A DNA stretch of 64,000 nt from a virus. Numbering within the stretch: position 1 is the first letter of the stretch; every line of letters begins with the position of its first letter. This document shows, piece after piece, positions 9,005 through 18,401 of the stretch. The notes under the pieces were generated by a model. It was not told the origin of the DNA, did not search any database, and saw only the letters and a program-made list of their open reading frames with translations. Made by a program: the position numbers and the translations under genes. The stretch covers positions 9,708-73,707 of the IMG/VR virus record IMGVR_UViG_3300036795_000211; one strand, written 5' to 3'.

Positions 9005-11067
9005 GTCGCCTTCCTCGTGATCTTCTTCCCGGGTGCGAACTGTGGAATGGCGGTCCCGTGAAGGAGCCGGGCCAGTGCGATCTTGCGGGCCTCACCCTGC
9101 GACCATCCACGAGCTTCGAGAGCGGCGGCCAACGTCCGGAGCTGCCCGACCTTCGACACGGTGATACCGAGTCGTTCGGCGAGTGCGGCGTCCTTGGCTT
9201 GCTGCTTCTCGGAGGCGATAGCGTTTGCGCCACGGTTCTTGAACAGCGTCTGCTGCAGCGTCGGATGCTTCGAGGTCGCACCGGACGCCTTGGCCGCCTT
9301 GTTCTCCGCCTTACGTACCGTGCGTCCTGCGGTGCCCTTCGGAGGAACGGCTGCGCCTCGGGCCACGGACATCGACCGCTCATGCCCGATACCTTGCAGC
9401 TTCGCCTTGTCGTAGGCCCGCTTCTGGTGCGGCTTGAGCGCTGCGTACTCGGCCTGGTGATCGGAAATCGATTTGCCGGTTGACGGTGCGGAGGTCTTAC
9501 CTTCGGGGGTAGCCGTCCTACTGGTGCGGCGGCGTGACGTCCCGGGTGCCGCTCCCGTTCGTGTCACGCCGCCACTACCGCCCTCGCCCGCCCGGCGAGT
9601 CTTTCGGGATTGTCGTACTGCGCGCTCCGCCTTCAAGCGCTCCGGATGCCCCTGCGGATACTGCGCTCGAGCTGCCGTTCGGGCCTTCAGCAAGGTTGCG
9701 TGCTCCGGAGTCCCAACCGGAGTTGGGGTCGTTGCACCCGGGGTCTTAACGGTTGCCGTGTTTCCACCCGGGGTCTTTGTCGTAGCCGCCGGCTGCTTCG
9801 GCGCATTGACCACTGGCTTCTGCGTGGTCTGCTTCGTTGCGGCCATTCGATCAAGTGCGCCGCCGTGTGACATACCGCTCGCACGCAAGGCCTTGTACTG
9901 GGGGTTACCCTGCAGCTGCGTGAGCGTCATTCCGCCGACTCCGACCGGCTCGGAGGTATCCTCACCCCGCGCTTTCCGATCCAGTAGATCGTTCGTCTGC
10001 AACGTGCTGAGGGTCGACGCACGGTGCTTTCGACTCTCGATACCGTGATTCGACAGCCCACGGCGTTGCGAGATAACGGACTCGTGATCGGCGGCGTGGT
10101 CCTCGATGAGGAGCTGATGCGAACGTCCTTCGTGTCCGTGGGTAATCCCGTGCACGTCCGACAGATGCGCTATCAGCTTGAGTCGATCCTCGTTTGAACG
10201 GGAATGCGCCGGCGTGACCTTCTGACCGGACGGTGCGTACTTTGCGGCGGCTGCTGCCGTGTCCGTGGCGGAGTGCTCAGCGCCGGTCTTCGACGGGGTC
10301 TTCGTTCCGCCGCCCTTGGTCCCGTGCTGGTAATGCGAGACCATTCCGGCGTGAATCCGAATCGTTTGACCGGACTTCGCACCCTTCGTAACTGCGACGT
10401 TGAGGTGCTCGCCGTCCTTCGAAAGGACCGTACCTTCGTGAACACCCGAGGACTGCGGGAACCGAACCTTGGAGCCGGCAGCGATCTTCGGAAGGCCGGG
10501 ACCGCCGTGGTAAATCCAGCCGTGCGAATACCCCTTCGGACCGGTGAACTCGATGGCCTCTCGGCCTCCCGCGTACTCGGCGGGTGCCTTCACCGCGCTG
10601 GGCGGGTAGCCCTTGTTCGCCGCATAGCGCTTGCACGCGGACATTGCGAACTTCGTGACAGCGTCGCCGGTCTTGCCCTGGTTCTTCGCCATTGACACGG
10701 CACGCTTGTAGACCCGGTCCATCTCACCGGCGACCGGCTGGTCCGACAACTCCCAGACGAATTCGCCTTGGGCTGCGGCGAGCTCCAGCGTTGCCCGCAA
10801 GGCCGACGACATCGCCTTTGCGGTCTGCGTGTTATCCGCCCACGAGCCCTTGACGGTTGACCACGCTCCGAGCTCACGGGCGCGCTTCCGGATCAGCCGG
10901 CCCAGTGCGGGTCGCTTACCGGGTGCCGCCCTACCGACCGCCTGAATGGCCTTCTTCAGGTACGACCGATTCGGAATCGGATACGAGTCGTCCGGGAGTG
11001 CCTTGCCGGCCTTGGCCAGCTTTCGGCGCCCTGCCGCACGCTCCGGTGCGGGGGTCTTAACGGTCAC
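9001..11067 (-). CDS. Large basic multi-module head-associated protein (N-terminal DUF6582-like module; GPKGYSHGW and GHPERLKAE tags)
   Basis: RRKLAKAGKALPDDSYPIPN..LKKAIQAVGRA module; coupled to the protease gene; own promoter and RBS. Confidence 0.7.
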   Translation of the reverse strand: MTVKTPAPERAAGRRKLAKAGKALPDDSYPIPNRSYLKKAIQAVGRAAPGKRPALGRLIRKRARELGAWSTVKGSWADNTQTAKAMSSALRATLELAAAQGEFVWELSDQPVAGEMDRVYKRAVSMAKNQGKTGDAVTKFAMSACKRYAANKGYPPSAVKAPAEYAGGREAIEFTGPKGYSHGWIYHGGPGLPKIAAGSKVRFPQSSGVHEGTVLSKDGEHLNVAVTKGAKSGQTIRIHAGMVSHYQHGTKGGGTKTPSKTGAEHSATDTAAAAAKYAPSGQKVTPAHSRSNEDRLKLIAHLSDVHGITHGHEGRSHQLLIEDHAADHESVISQRRGLSNHGIESRKHRASTLSTLQTNDLLDRKARGEDTSEPVGVGGMTLTQLQGNPQYKALRASGMSHGGALDRMAATKQTTQKPVVNAPKQPAATTKTPGGNTATVKTPGATTPTPVGTPEHATLLKARTAARAQYPQGHPERLKAERAVRQSRKTRRAGEGGSGGVTRTGAAPGTSRRRTSRTATPEGKTSAPSTGKSISDHQAEYAALKPHQKRAYDKAKLQGIGHERSMSVARGAAVPPKGTAGRTVRKAENKAAKASGATSKHPTLQQTLFKNRGANAIASEKQQAKDAALAERLGITVSKVGQLRTLAAALEARGWSQGEARKIALARLLHGTAIPQFAPGKKITRKAT

Positions 11068-11194
11068 CGATTCACCTCCATTTCGGTTGAGACGAAAGCG
11101 ACCGAGAACCCGGTATGAATCGCTACCCTACTCGGCAGTGACAACCTGGCCCTAACGGTCAATGAGGTGAACCCTAACGGAGTCCACCTTGGAT

Positions 11195-11221
11195 ATACCC
11201 CTAAATGGTGCCCACTAAACC
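11195..11221 (-). promoter_or_regulatory. SigF/SigB-type late promoter GGTTT-N16-GGGTAT
   Basis: Exact fit to GGWWT-N16-GGGTAY, intergenic, upstream of the capsid operon. Confidence 0.7.
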
Positions 11222-11240
11222 GTTTTAACATCGCTGTAGT

Positions 11241-11600
11241 TTACGTGGGGTCAACGACAAACGGTCCGAATTGCGCCGTTACCGTCTTCCCGGCTGACGT
11301 TACGTCAATGCGCCACCAGGTCGACGCTGCAGTAGTCAGATCCGCATGCGGAATGCTAAACAGCGTGATTCCGTTCGCTAGCGGTGCCTGATTAGCACCG
11401 GCGTACGACTTGAACGACGTGTCCGAGTCCAGAACATCTCGTGAAGCCTTACGAATGAACGTACAAGTCTTCCCGGTGAGGTCCAGTGGCTGCTGCTTTC
11501 CGCCGACCAACGGAAGACTCGGATCCGTCAGTGCCGCTTGAATCGTTACGTCGTTGTTCTGACGTACCGAGATCGAGACCGGATCCATTTCGCCGGACAT
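11241..11600 (-). CDS. Ig-like / BppU-N-like virion accessory protein
   Basis: PLDLTGKTCTFIRK..GITLFSIPHADL..WWRIDVT pattern. Confidence 0.55.
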   Translation of the reverse strand: MSGEMDPVSISVRQNNDVTIQAALTDPSLPLVGGKQQPLDLTGKTCTFIRKASRDVLDSDTSFKSYAGANQAPLANGITLFSIPHADLTTAASTWWRIDVTSAGKTVTAQFGPFVVDPT

Positions 11601-13741
11601 TAGTCCTCCACTACTATCGTTACGTCGAACCCTAGCGGCTCGACGGTTCCCCCGTAGGTAACTACGGTAATCGTGACCCCGTAAACTATTGGCATTGCCG
11701 ATCCTTCCACCGTGTCCGGTTGGAGAACTATCGCATACCCGAGAACCACTATACTGGCTGCCAGGGCGTTTGTCGAAATCGTACAGCCAATATCCTCCGG
11801 CGGGGGAGGTATAATGGGCGCAATTGTCGGACCGGGAAGTTCAGTGGCACGCCGTTTACGCTGGAGCGACCGCCAGAAGCGCTGGGCCAGTCGCTTGACC
11901 ACTGCAACCGGAAGGGGCGGCGGCTTCGGAGGTGGCGACGGCACCCACGGAATCGTGATTCGCCTCTTAGGTAGTGACCGCCTCGACGCTCTCGGCTGTA
12001 CTACCGGCTCCGGTGCGAACGGGACTAGCTTACTGCTTCGGGCTCTTCGGGTTCGTCCGGCCTGACCCTTCCGGGTAGTCTGCGGGGCGTACGGCACAAC
12101 GGTGGCCCGTGGTTGTCCGGGAAGCTGCGGAGGTCGTATACGTCGAAGTAGTACAATCCGCCGCATTCGGTGCGTATCCGGAACGGTCGGGGCCACCGGT
12201 ACCGTGACGGGTGGAACCGGGGTCGTAGTTGCATTCGACTTCCTTCGATACCAGCGAGTTCGGATTCGAGTCGGTGCATACGGAGCAAACGCCGCAACCG
12301 AAGGGGTAGTTGTCGGGCCCGGAAGCTGATGAATGTTCGAGCGGCGAATCCGAATTCGCCAAGTACGGTTTCGCGGCTCGTACGGAGCCGGTTGCGCCGG
12401 GGTGACCACTTGCGGAGCCGGAGGTGCCACTACGCTCTGACTTGGCTTGCGATAACGCGTTGTCCGTCTGTTCGGCTGTATCGGAATAGTCGGCTCCGGA
12501 CCGAATTGAGCTGGTGCAGCATACCGTGAACGTCGGAACCGGAATACTCGACGATACAACGACAAAGCCGGAAGTGGCTGGAATACGGCTCCGATTCCAC
12601 CGGGTATCTGCTGCACTGCCCCGCGCTGTCGCCTATACCGGGTACGCCGTACGCTAGGGGTCGCGGGAGGCGGAGCCGCACTAGTAGGCAACGGTGTCGC
12701 GTGCAGGATTCGTCGACCGCGAAGGGCCCAGCGTCGCGGTATCGGAACCGGCGGAATCGGCGGTAGGGGAACTATCACCGTCGGAACCAGCGTACCGCTC
12801 CCGTGCGAGCGCCGATAGCGGAGCTTCGAACGACTCGGCTGCGCAACCGTCTCGATTGCAGCCGGGACCTGTGTCGCACTACCCTTTCGTAGCCTACGCA
12901 TAGCTGGCCGGGTAGTTCGACCCAGCTGCGGAGGCGGAAATACGACGACCGGAGGTATCACCGCTGGAACGAACGCAGTAGCGCGTCGAACAGTTCTTGG
13001 TCGGTACGGACGCGATCTTGGCGCGACGGGTACGATACCGGCGGTGACCGCGATCACCTTGGACGGGACCGGAACCGCCCTGCGATAACCTCGTACCGAT
13101 CTCCGATTAAGCCGAGGCTGTCCCGGCGGGAGACCAAACGGAACGCGGGCAATGTAAACGCCCGCAAAGCCGTCGGTAAACGTCCCGGTATTCTTCAACG
13201 TCCAGACCAGTCCGAGACCTGATGTGTCCGTTATCGTTGCCGCACTGCTTGCGGCAACTACCAGAGCGACGAGTAGGCTACCCGGCGGCGGCGTGAACGC
13301 TGCTGTCGTAGCCGAGTTCGCATTGGCAGTGGCGAGCGCCGGCGTAGAGCCGTCCAGCGTAATCGTGCCATTCGGCAAGACCTCGAACAGACCTACGCCG
13401 ACGTTAAGAAAGGTGTTCGATGCTCCGATCGTTACCGATCCCGGCGTTCCAGTAGCCGAAGTCGCCTTTACAGCGCCGAGCTGGAAGCTGTTCTGTGCGG
13501 CCTGCGCGATAATCGTACTACTTGCCGTAGCAAGCAGCGTGGACGCTGACCCGCCTACGGCACCGTAGACCACCGAGCCGGTTACCGTAGTAGTGATTGC
13601 TTTCGAGTAGGCCGAGCTCGACTGGTTAGTGGTACTCGCTGCCGGCTGCGCCAGGGCCGTATTTCTGAGAACCTCGACCAGGATACTCGTGCCAGTCGTA
13701 ATAACCGTGCCGGCTTGCGTGGCTTTAACCGTAAACGCCAC
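11600..13741 (-). CDS. 713 aa protein: beta-rich N-domain, about 14 Arg/Pro-rich repeats, hydrophobic C-terminus
   Basis: Long ORF coupled to the downstream gene; repeat structure visible in translation. Confidence 0.7.
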   Translation of the reverse strand: MAFTVKATQAGTVITTGTSILVEVLRNTALAQPAASTTNQSSSAYSKAITTTVTGSVVYGAVGGSASTLLATASSTIIAQAAQNSFQLGAVKATSATGTPGSVTIGASNTFLNVGVGLFEVLPNGTITLDGSTPALATANANSATTAAFTPPPGSLLVALVVAASSAATITDTSGLGLVWTLKNTGTFTDGFAGVYIARVPFGLPPGQPRLNRRSVRGYRRAVPVPSKVIAVTAGIVPVAPRSRPYRPRTVRRATAFVPAVIPPVVVFPPPQLGRTTRPAMRRLRKGSATQVPAAIETVAQPSRSKLRYRRSHGSGTLVPTVIVPLPPIPPVPIPRRWALRGRRILHATPLPTSAAPPPATPSVRRTRYRRQRGAVQQIPGGIGAVFQPLPALSLYRRVFRFRRSRYAAPAQFGPEPTIPIQPNRRTTRYRKPSQSVVAPPAPQVVTPAQPAPYEPRNRTWRIRIRRSNIHQLPGPTTTPSVAAFAPYAPTRIRTRWYRRKSNATTTPVPPVTVPVAPTVPDTHRMRRIVLLRRIRPPQLPGQPRATVVPYAPQTTRKGQAGRTRRARSSKLVPFAPEPVVQPRASRRSLPKRRITIPWVPSPPPKPPPLPVAVVKRLAQRFWRSLQRKRRATELPGPTIAPIIPPPPEDIGCTISTNALAASIVVLGYAIVLQPDTVEGSAMPIVYGVTITVVTYGGTVEPLGFDVTIVVED

Positions 13742-13764
13742 TGCGCACCCAGCTCTCTCCGAAT

Positions 13765-13797
13765 GGGCCGGCGGGTCCGCATACTACCCGCCGGCCC
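13765..13797 (-). terminator. 12-bp GC-rich stem-loop (terminator or mRNA stabiliser)
   Basis: gggccggcgggt / acccgccggccc inverted repeat, intergenic. Confidence 0.55.
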
Positions 13798-13811
13798 CGC
13801 TCCCGTTCGAC

Positions 13812-14327
13812 CTACTCGTCGGTCTCCACCGTGACCACGAACAGATGCGAGGCCGGGAGTGCGTTACCGATGTTGACCAGGGCCAGTCCGTTCGCCGTTC
13901 CCTGGTCCACGATGAACATGTCGTCCGGGAATTCGAACGGCACGTCCCAGCCGACCTGCGTGTTGAACGTCAGCTTGTGCAGTGCGGTTGCGCCGATCGT
14001 CGGACCGGTCGTACCTGCGGTCGTTGCCGTGGTTACGTCCAGCCCGGTGATCACCGAAGCCGGTCCGCGCTGATCCGTGTTCTGGAACGTGGTCGTACCG
14101 AATCCGGTACCGACCACTCGAACCGTCTGACGGTACAGCGCGATCGTGTGCTGGTCCGAGGTGACGGAACCCGCCGGTCCCCGAACGCCGAGGATCAGCC
14201 GGCGCAGCTTGACGTTCGATGATGCCCCCGCGACAATCGCCGCGAAGTACCCGTTGAACGTGGTCGTTGCCGGCGTCCCAGCGAGCTGTGCGGACTGCGA
14301 TTCGAGCGACGCTACGAAGCGACCCAT
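13812..14327 (-). CDS. Beta-rich virion accessory protein
   Basis: 171 aa, Thr/Gly/Val-rich, RBS present, high GC3. Confidence 0.6.
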   Translation of the reverse strand: MGRFVASLESQSAQLAGTPATTTFNGYFAAIVAGASSNVKLRRLILGVRGPAGSVTSDQHTIALYRQTVRVVGTGFGTTTFQNTDQRGPASVITGLDVTTATTAGTTGPTIGATALHKLTFNTQVGWDVPFEFPDDMFIVDQGTANGLALVNIGNALPASHLFVVTVETDE

Positions 14328-14608
14328 TACTCGCTACCTCCCTTCCGGATCGCGAGAGCGGCCTGGAGCCGTTCCCGATTATCGCTGCCCACGACCTGCT
14401 CGCCGGAGTCGTGGAGCTCGAGGAGTCGGGCGGCGTGGTCGGCCTCCCGCATCTCCTCATCGGAGAGCTGGTCGATAAGGCTCTCGAGCGTCTTCACGTG
14501 CGACTCAATCTGCTCGAGTCGCGTTCGCAAGGCCGGTCGCGTGTACTTCGCACGCAGAGTCTCAACGAGTCCGTCGAGTACGCTGCGGTCCGACGTTTCG
14601 TCCGCCAC
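14327..14608 (-). CDS. Hypothetical helical protein
   Basis: Start moved to GTG 14608 after GGGAAAGGGAA RBS; coupled to next gene. Confidence 0.55.
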   Translation of the reverse strand: MADETSDRSVLDGLVETLRAKYTRPALRTRLEQIESHVKTLESLIDQLSDEEMREADHAARLLELHDSGEQVVGSDNRERLQAALAIRKGGSE

Positions 14609-14732
14609 TTCCCTTTCCCTTCTTCGGTTCGGGTTCGGTGTAGATAATCGGAACACCGTCAGCGTTCAACGTGATAACGGTATCCCCCGGCTCGGGTACT
14701 TCATCTTCCGGAGGCGGATCCTGCTTGGTCAT
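14562..14732 (-). CDS. 56 aa ORF coupled to the nuclease-like gene (not in ORF track)
   Basis: ATG overlaps the upstream TGA (ATGA); MTKQDPPPEDEVPEPGDTVITLNADGVPIIY... Confidence 0.45.
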   Translation of the reverse strand: MTKQDPPPEDEVPEPGDTVITLNADGVPIIYTEPEPKKGKGSGGRNVGPQRTRRTR

Positions 14733-15352
14733 ACTGCCACCGCCCTAGTGTGTCGTTTGTCCCAGTGGCCCTTCCGTTGTTGCGCCTGCCGGAAGTCCTT
14801 TTGCGTATACGTATACGACCCGATGTGTCGCATCGTCTTGACGCGCTTCGAGGTGAACTGCTCGTTCACGTATACGTGCACTTCGCCGGTGACCTGATCG
14901 ACCACCTGCACCACGATCAACGGCATCCAGCCGTTCTTTGCGGTCTCCGCCTTCTTACGGAGCTGCTCTTCGGTCTTCATCGCGATTCGCTGGTTCTTGG
15001 CGTGGACGTTTAGCGTCTTCAGCTCTCCGCCGTACTTGTGGTCGAGTCGGAAGTCGAGTGGCGTATTTCGTGCCGTTGTCTGCCCCGCCTTACGAACCCC
15101 GGCTCCGGAGATCTCGATATACGGATGCCCGAAGTGCTTCTCGAGCAGGGCCTTACCCTTTGCTGCGAACAACGCTTCGAACGTATCACCGATCTCGGTC
15201 TTGCCCATCGCCGCACCAGTAGACGGATGCGTAAAACGAGAGGCCGTCTGACCTGGATCGCTAGCAAGCGACCCGACACCCTTCTTCGTAAACTCACCGC
15301 CGCCGTGGTGATGCCCCGGAATGCGTGGGTGCAGATCCTCTTCCCACGTCAC
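14729..15352 (-). CDS. PD-(D/E)XK nuclease-like protein with N-terminal WEEDLHPR..GGEF tag
   Basis: GDTFE..PLDF..GGELKT restriction-endonuclease-fold motif order. Confidence 0.6.
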   Translation of the reverse strand: MTWEEDLHPRIPGHHHGGGEFTKKGVGSLASDPGQTASRFTHPSTGAAMGKTEIGDTFEALFAAKGKALLEKHFGHPYIEISGAGVRKAGQTTARNTPLDFRLDHKYGGELKTLNVHAKNQRIAMKTEEQLRKKAETAKNGWMPLIVVQVVDQVTGEVHVYVNEQFTSKRVKTMRHIGSYTYTQKDFRQAQQRKGHWDKRHTRAVAV

Positions 15353-16290
15353 AACGCACGCGCCCGAAGAACCAAAGCGGATGCCCTGCCCCTGAGTTGC
15401 CGAACCTGCACTTGTAGCTGCCCGATCTGGTTCCTCAAGCTATTCGCCTTAGTTGTTGCGGCACTTGACGCTGTTGAGGTGGCCTTTTTTGCCGTTGTCT
15501 TTCCGGCCTTCTTGGCCACAGTGGTGGCTGAGGCCTTAGCCTTCGTAGCAGTCTTTCCCTTGGTCGTCGTCCCGGTTGCTTTCGACCCGCCGGTCTTGGT
15601 CGACTTTCCGGAGTTCGTAACCCCCTTGAGCTCCTTCTGCAAGCCGCCGATCTTTACCTCGAGTGCGTTAGCCTGCTGCCGAAAGCCTTTCGCCCTCGTT
15701 AGCAACTGCGCCTTCTTGGCGCCCTTCGGACCGCGGGAGACCGGAGCCGTCTTTTGCCCCGGAGCCTTTTTCGCAGCAGGTGCCTTTGCCGCTGACGCAC
15801 CGCCGCTGCTTCCGGACTTTGGTGCGAACTGCCCGCCGGTAGCGCTACCGGCTCCGACGTGCATCGTGTTGAACAGCTCGATCGGTTGCGCCAAAACGTC
15901 GTCTCGTGACATAGCCTTCGCTCTCGCCGCGGTTGCCTTGAGTTCGGCGATAGCCGCTGCAGCCGCCGCCTTTACTTCGGGATGCTTGCTCGTTGCCGCA
16001 AGTCGCTTGCACGCGTTGATCGCGGTGGCCGTTGCTCGACCCTCCGCCATACCGCCACGCATCAACGCGTTACGCATGTTCTCGATGTAGTTAGGTAGCT
16101 TCGCACCCTTCATGTGGTACAAGCCGGGTCCGCCGGGCTTGCCGCGTGGCGCGGGGGTAGCCACGAGTCGAGGCGTTTCCGCCGACAACGAGATACCCTT
16201 GTGCTTCCGAATAAGCCGCATTAGCAGCTGCGTATGGGCATCCGGCTTCGGATCATGCGCATACGAGGAGTCACTGAGTTGCGTTGTCAC
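15349..16290 (-). CDS. Basic Lys/Ala-rich head-associated protein
   Basis: LPNYIENMRNALMRGG helical module; FNTMH..GGQF tag; H1-like K/A/T tract; coiled coil. Confidence 0.6.
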   Translation of the reverse strand: MTTQLSDSSYAHDPKPDAHTQLLMRLIRKHKGISLSAETPRLVATPAPRGKPGGPGLYHMKGAKLPNYIENMRNALMRGGMAEGRATATAINACKRLAATSKHPEVKAAAAAAIAELKATAARAKAMSRDDVLAQPIELFNTMHVGAGSATGGQFAPKSGSSGGASAAKAPAAKKAPGQKTAPVSRGPKGAKKAQLLTRAKGFRQQANALEVKIGGLQKELKGVTNSGKSTKTGGSKATGTTTKGKTATKAKASATTVAKKAGKTTAKKATSTASSAATTKANSLRNQIGQLQVQVRQLRGRASALVLRARAL

Positions 16291-18389
16291 GACTTCTTGA
16301 TACCTCCAAGATCGTACTCCTGCGGCATCATCTTCAGCTTTGCGTACTCCGCGTACGCTCTAGCCGCTGCCCGCGGATTCGAATTCGCCGTTGCCTCGGT
16401 CCACAGCTCGGCCATTAGCTCGCTCGGCGATTGAGATGCGTATTCCGAGATGTTCGCCTTAATCGCCGGCGCATTCGCCTCGACCCACTTCTGCAGCGTC
16501 CCCCGGTTTATCAGTGCGTCCGCGCGATCGACACTGTCCTGCGTCATTCCGGCGAACACTTTGTCGATCTCCGCCGTCATCTGCGGACGATTGGCCTTTA
16601 GCGCCTCGTACGGCGCACGCATTTCGGCCACCGTGGTATGCGACAACTCCGGTCGGGTTGCGCCGATCGAATCAGCTATCGTATTCCACAGTTCCTGCGT
16701 AAAGCCGCCTTGCGGAAGGTGACGATGTACGCCGTGTCCGATCTCGTGGGTGAAGTTCGACTGAAAGCGGCCGACCTTTTCGTTGGTCGGTACGTGAAAT
16801 CCGGAGGACTCCTCGTCGCCCTTCCCCCGAAGGGTGTGCAGCTTCGGATGCAGCGTTATCTCGCCGCCGGGTCCGTGCGTCCCCGCCGTATATGCGCCGG
16901 GGCGACTCTTCGCAGTTTCCGGATCAACGGTGCTCTGCGGCTTTTCAACGGTGACGTGCGTGGCGGAAACAACATGCGGAGCGTGCTTCGACTGAATTTC
17001 GAGAACCTTCTCGATCTTCTGCTTGAAGCGTACCTTCTCGCCGGGTGAGTATAGGAACGTACTCACCGTAGGATCGGACTCGTTTATCGTTACACCGCGA
17101 CTCTTTACCGGTTCCGGTGCAGGCGGAAGTCCGGCCCGCTGTAGGTCCGCGTTGTACCGTGCTCGCTCCTCCGGATTTAGCCGGGACGCCACCTTTTCCG
17201 TTAGCTTTTCGTTCGCCGCTCGGGCACGAGTGTTGTAATCCGCTATTGCTCCCGCGCTACCCTGCTTGTCGTTCGGTAGGGTTAGCGATACCAGCTTACC
17301 GTTCTCCTGCTGACGCTCTACTACGAAGCCATTTTCCTCGAGCTTCGCCGCGTACGCCGTTAGATTGTTGTGTACCCGATCCGCGGTAGACGAATTGCGG
17401 CTGCCCAACGAGCTACCGGTGTAGTGCTCAATTCGCACCCCGTTGTCACCGGCGGATACTTCGTGTCCCGGATCGTAATTGCGCCAGCCCTTGACGGACG
17501 TCGAATGGCTCTTCACGGCCGCGAATCCGGACGAGCTTAGCGCAGAACGCGCTCGTCGCGCATTGACTTCGGCTGCTACGCGACCCTTTCCCTTCTCCAC
17601 GGCTTGCACGTGCGCCGTCAAGGCAGTGTACTGCGAATCACCGCCGCCGAGGTAGATCTCCTTGCTGTTCCCGCTAGTGAGGAACGAGCCACCGGAGGAC
17701 TTGTTCGTGGTAACGGCACCGATGTGCTTGTCGTCATGCCGAAAAGTGGTGACCCAGTCCTTGTGCTGCGTCGGAACGACACCACGACGCTGCTCCCGTA
17801 GATTCGGATACGAGTGTCCGGTACGCTCAATCGGTTCGGAGGTCGTTACCTCGGAAGGGTGTATTCCGCCCTTGCGGCGGCGTGAGCTCCTCGGTACCCG
17901 CGGGGCCTTGACCGCGGGAGGCGAAGCCACCTGGAGGTCCTCGCGATTGGCTACCTCGGCGTGGACTTCCTTCCAGAATTCCGTCCGATGCGCTGACCCC
18001 GGGTGATCCTCGCTGAGTCCGCGATCATTCGCGTTCTGCATCGCACTAGCCACGGCGTCATCGTATGCCGCGGTTTTCGGGAACGCCGATACCTTTCGAC
18101 GCCACTCCGATTCCGTACCACCGAGACCGACCGGGGATTCACCGGGTGTCGTTTCCATCTTCGGAGCGGCTTCTTGACCCGGCTCGACCGACTTCGTGTG
18201 CATTCCGAGCTTGCGCGACTTGCGTACTGCGTTCTCGGCCTTTAGCCGTTCAGGGTGACCCGCGGGATGCGCCGCTCGAGCCTCAGTCCGAGCCGTTAGC
18301 AGCTCGGAGTGTGGCGTAACGCCGGGTATTCCGTGGAATACCCAGCCGTGGGAGTACCCTTTCGGTCCCACAAGGTCGAGCGTGCGCAT
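16287..18389 (-). CDS. 700 aa protein with N-terminal GPKGYSHGW / GHPERLKAE tags and C-terminal zincin metallopeptidase-like domain
   Basis: HEIGH (HExxH) plus downstream SEYASQSPSELMAE third-ligand motif. Confidence 0.7.
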   Translation of the reverse strand: MRTLDLVGPKGYSHGWVFHGIPGVTPHSELLTARTEARAAHPAGHPERLKAENAVRKSRKLGMHTKSVEPGQEAAPKMETTPGESPVGLGGTESEWRRKVSAFPKTAAYDDAVASAMQNANDRGLSEDHPGSAHRTEFWKEVHAEVANREDLQVASPPAVKAPRVPRSSRRRKGGIHPSEVTTSEPIERTGHSYPNLREQRRGVVPTQHKDWVTTFRHDDKHIGAVTTNKSSGGSFLTSGNSKEIYLGGGDSQYTALTAHVQAVEKGKGRVAAEVNARRARSALSSSGFAAVKSHSTSVKGWRNYDPGHEVSAGDNGVRIEHYTGSSLGSRNSSTADRVHNNLTAYAAKLEENGFVVERQQENGKLVSLTLPNDKQGSAGAIADYNTRARAANEKLTEKVASRLNPEERARYNADLQRAGLPPAPEPVKSRGVTINESDPTVSTFLYSPGEKVRFKQKIEKVLEIQSKHAPHVVSATHVTVEKPQSTVDPETAKSRPGAYTAGTHGPGGEITLHPKLHTLRGKGDEESSGFHVPTNEKVGRFQSNFTHEIGHGVHRHLPQGGFTQELWNTIADSIGATRPELSHTTVAEMRAPYEALKANRPQMTAEIDKVFAGMTQDSVDRADALINRGTLQKWVEANAPAIKANISEYASQSPSELMAELWTEATANSNPRAAARAYAEYAKLKMMPQEYDLGGIKKS

Positions 18390-18401
18390 CCCGCGCCCTT
18401 T

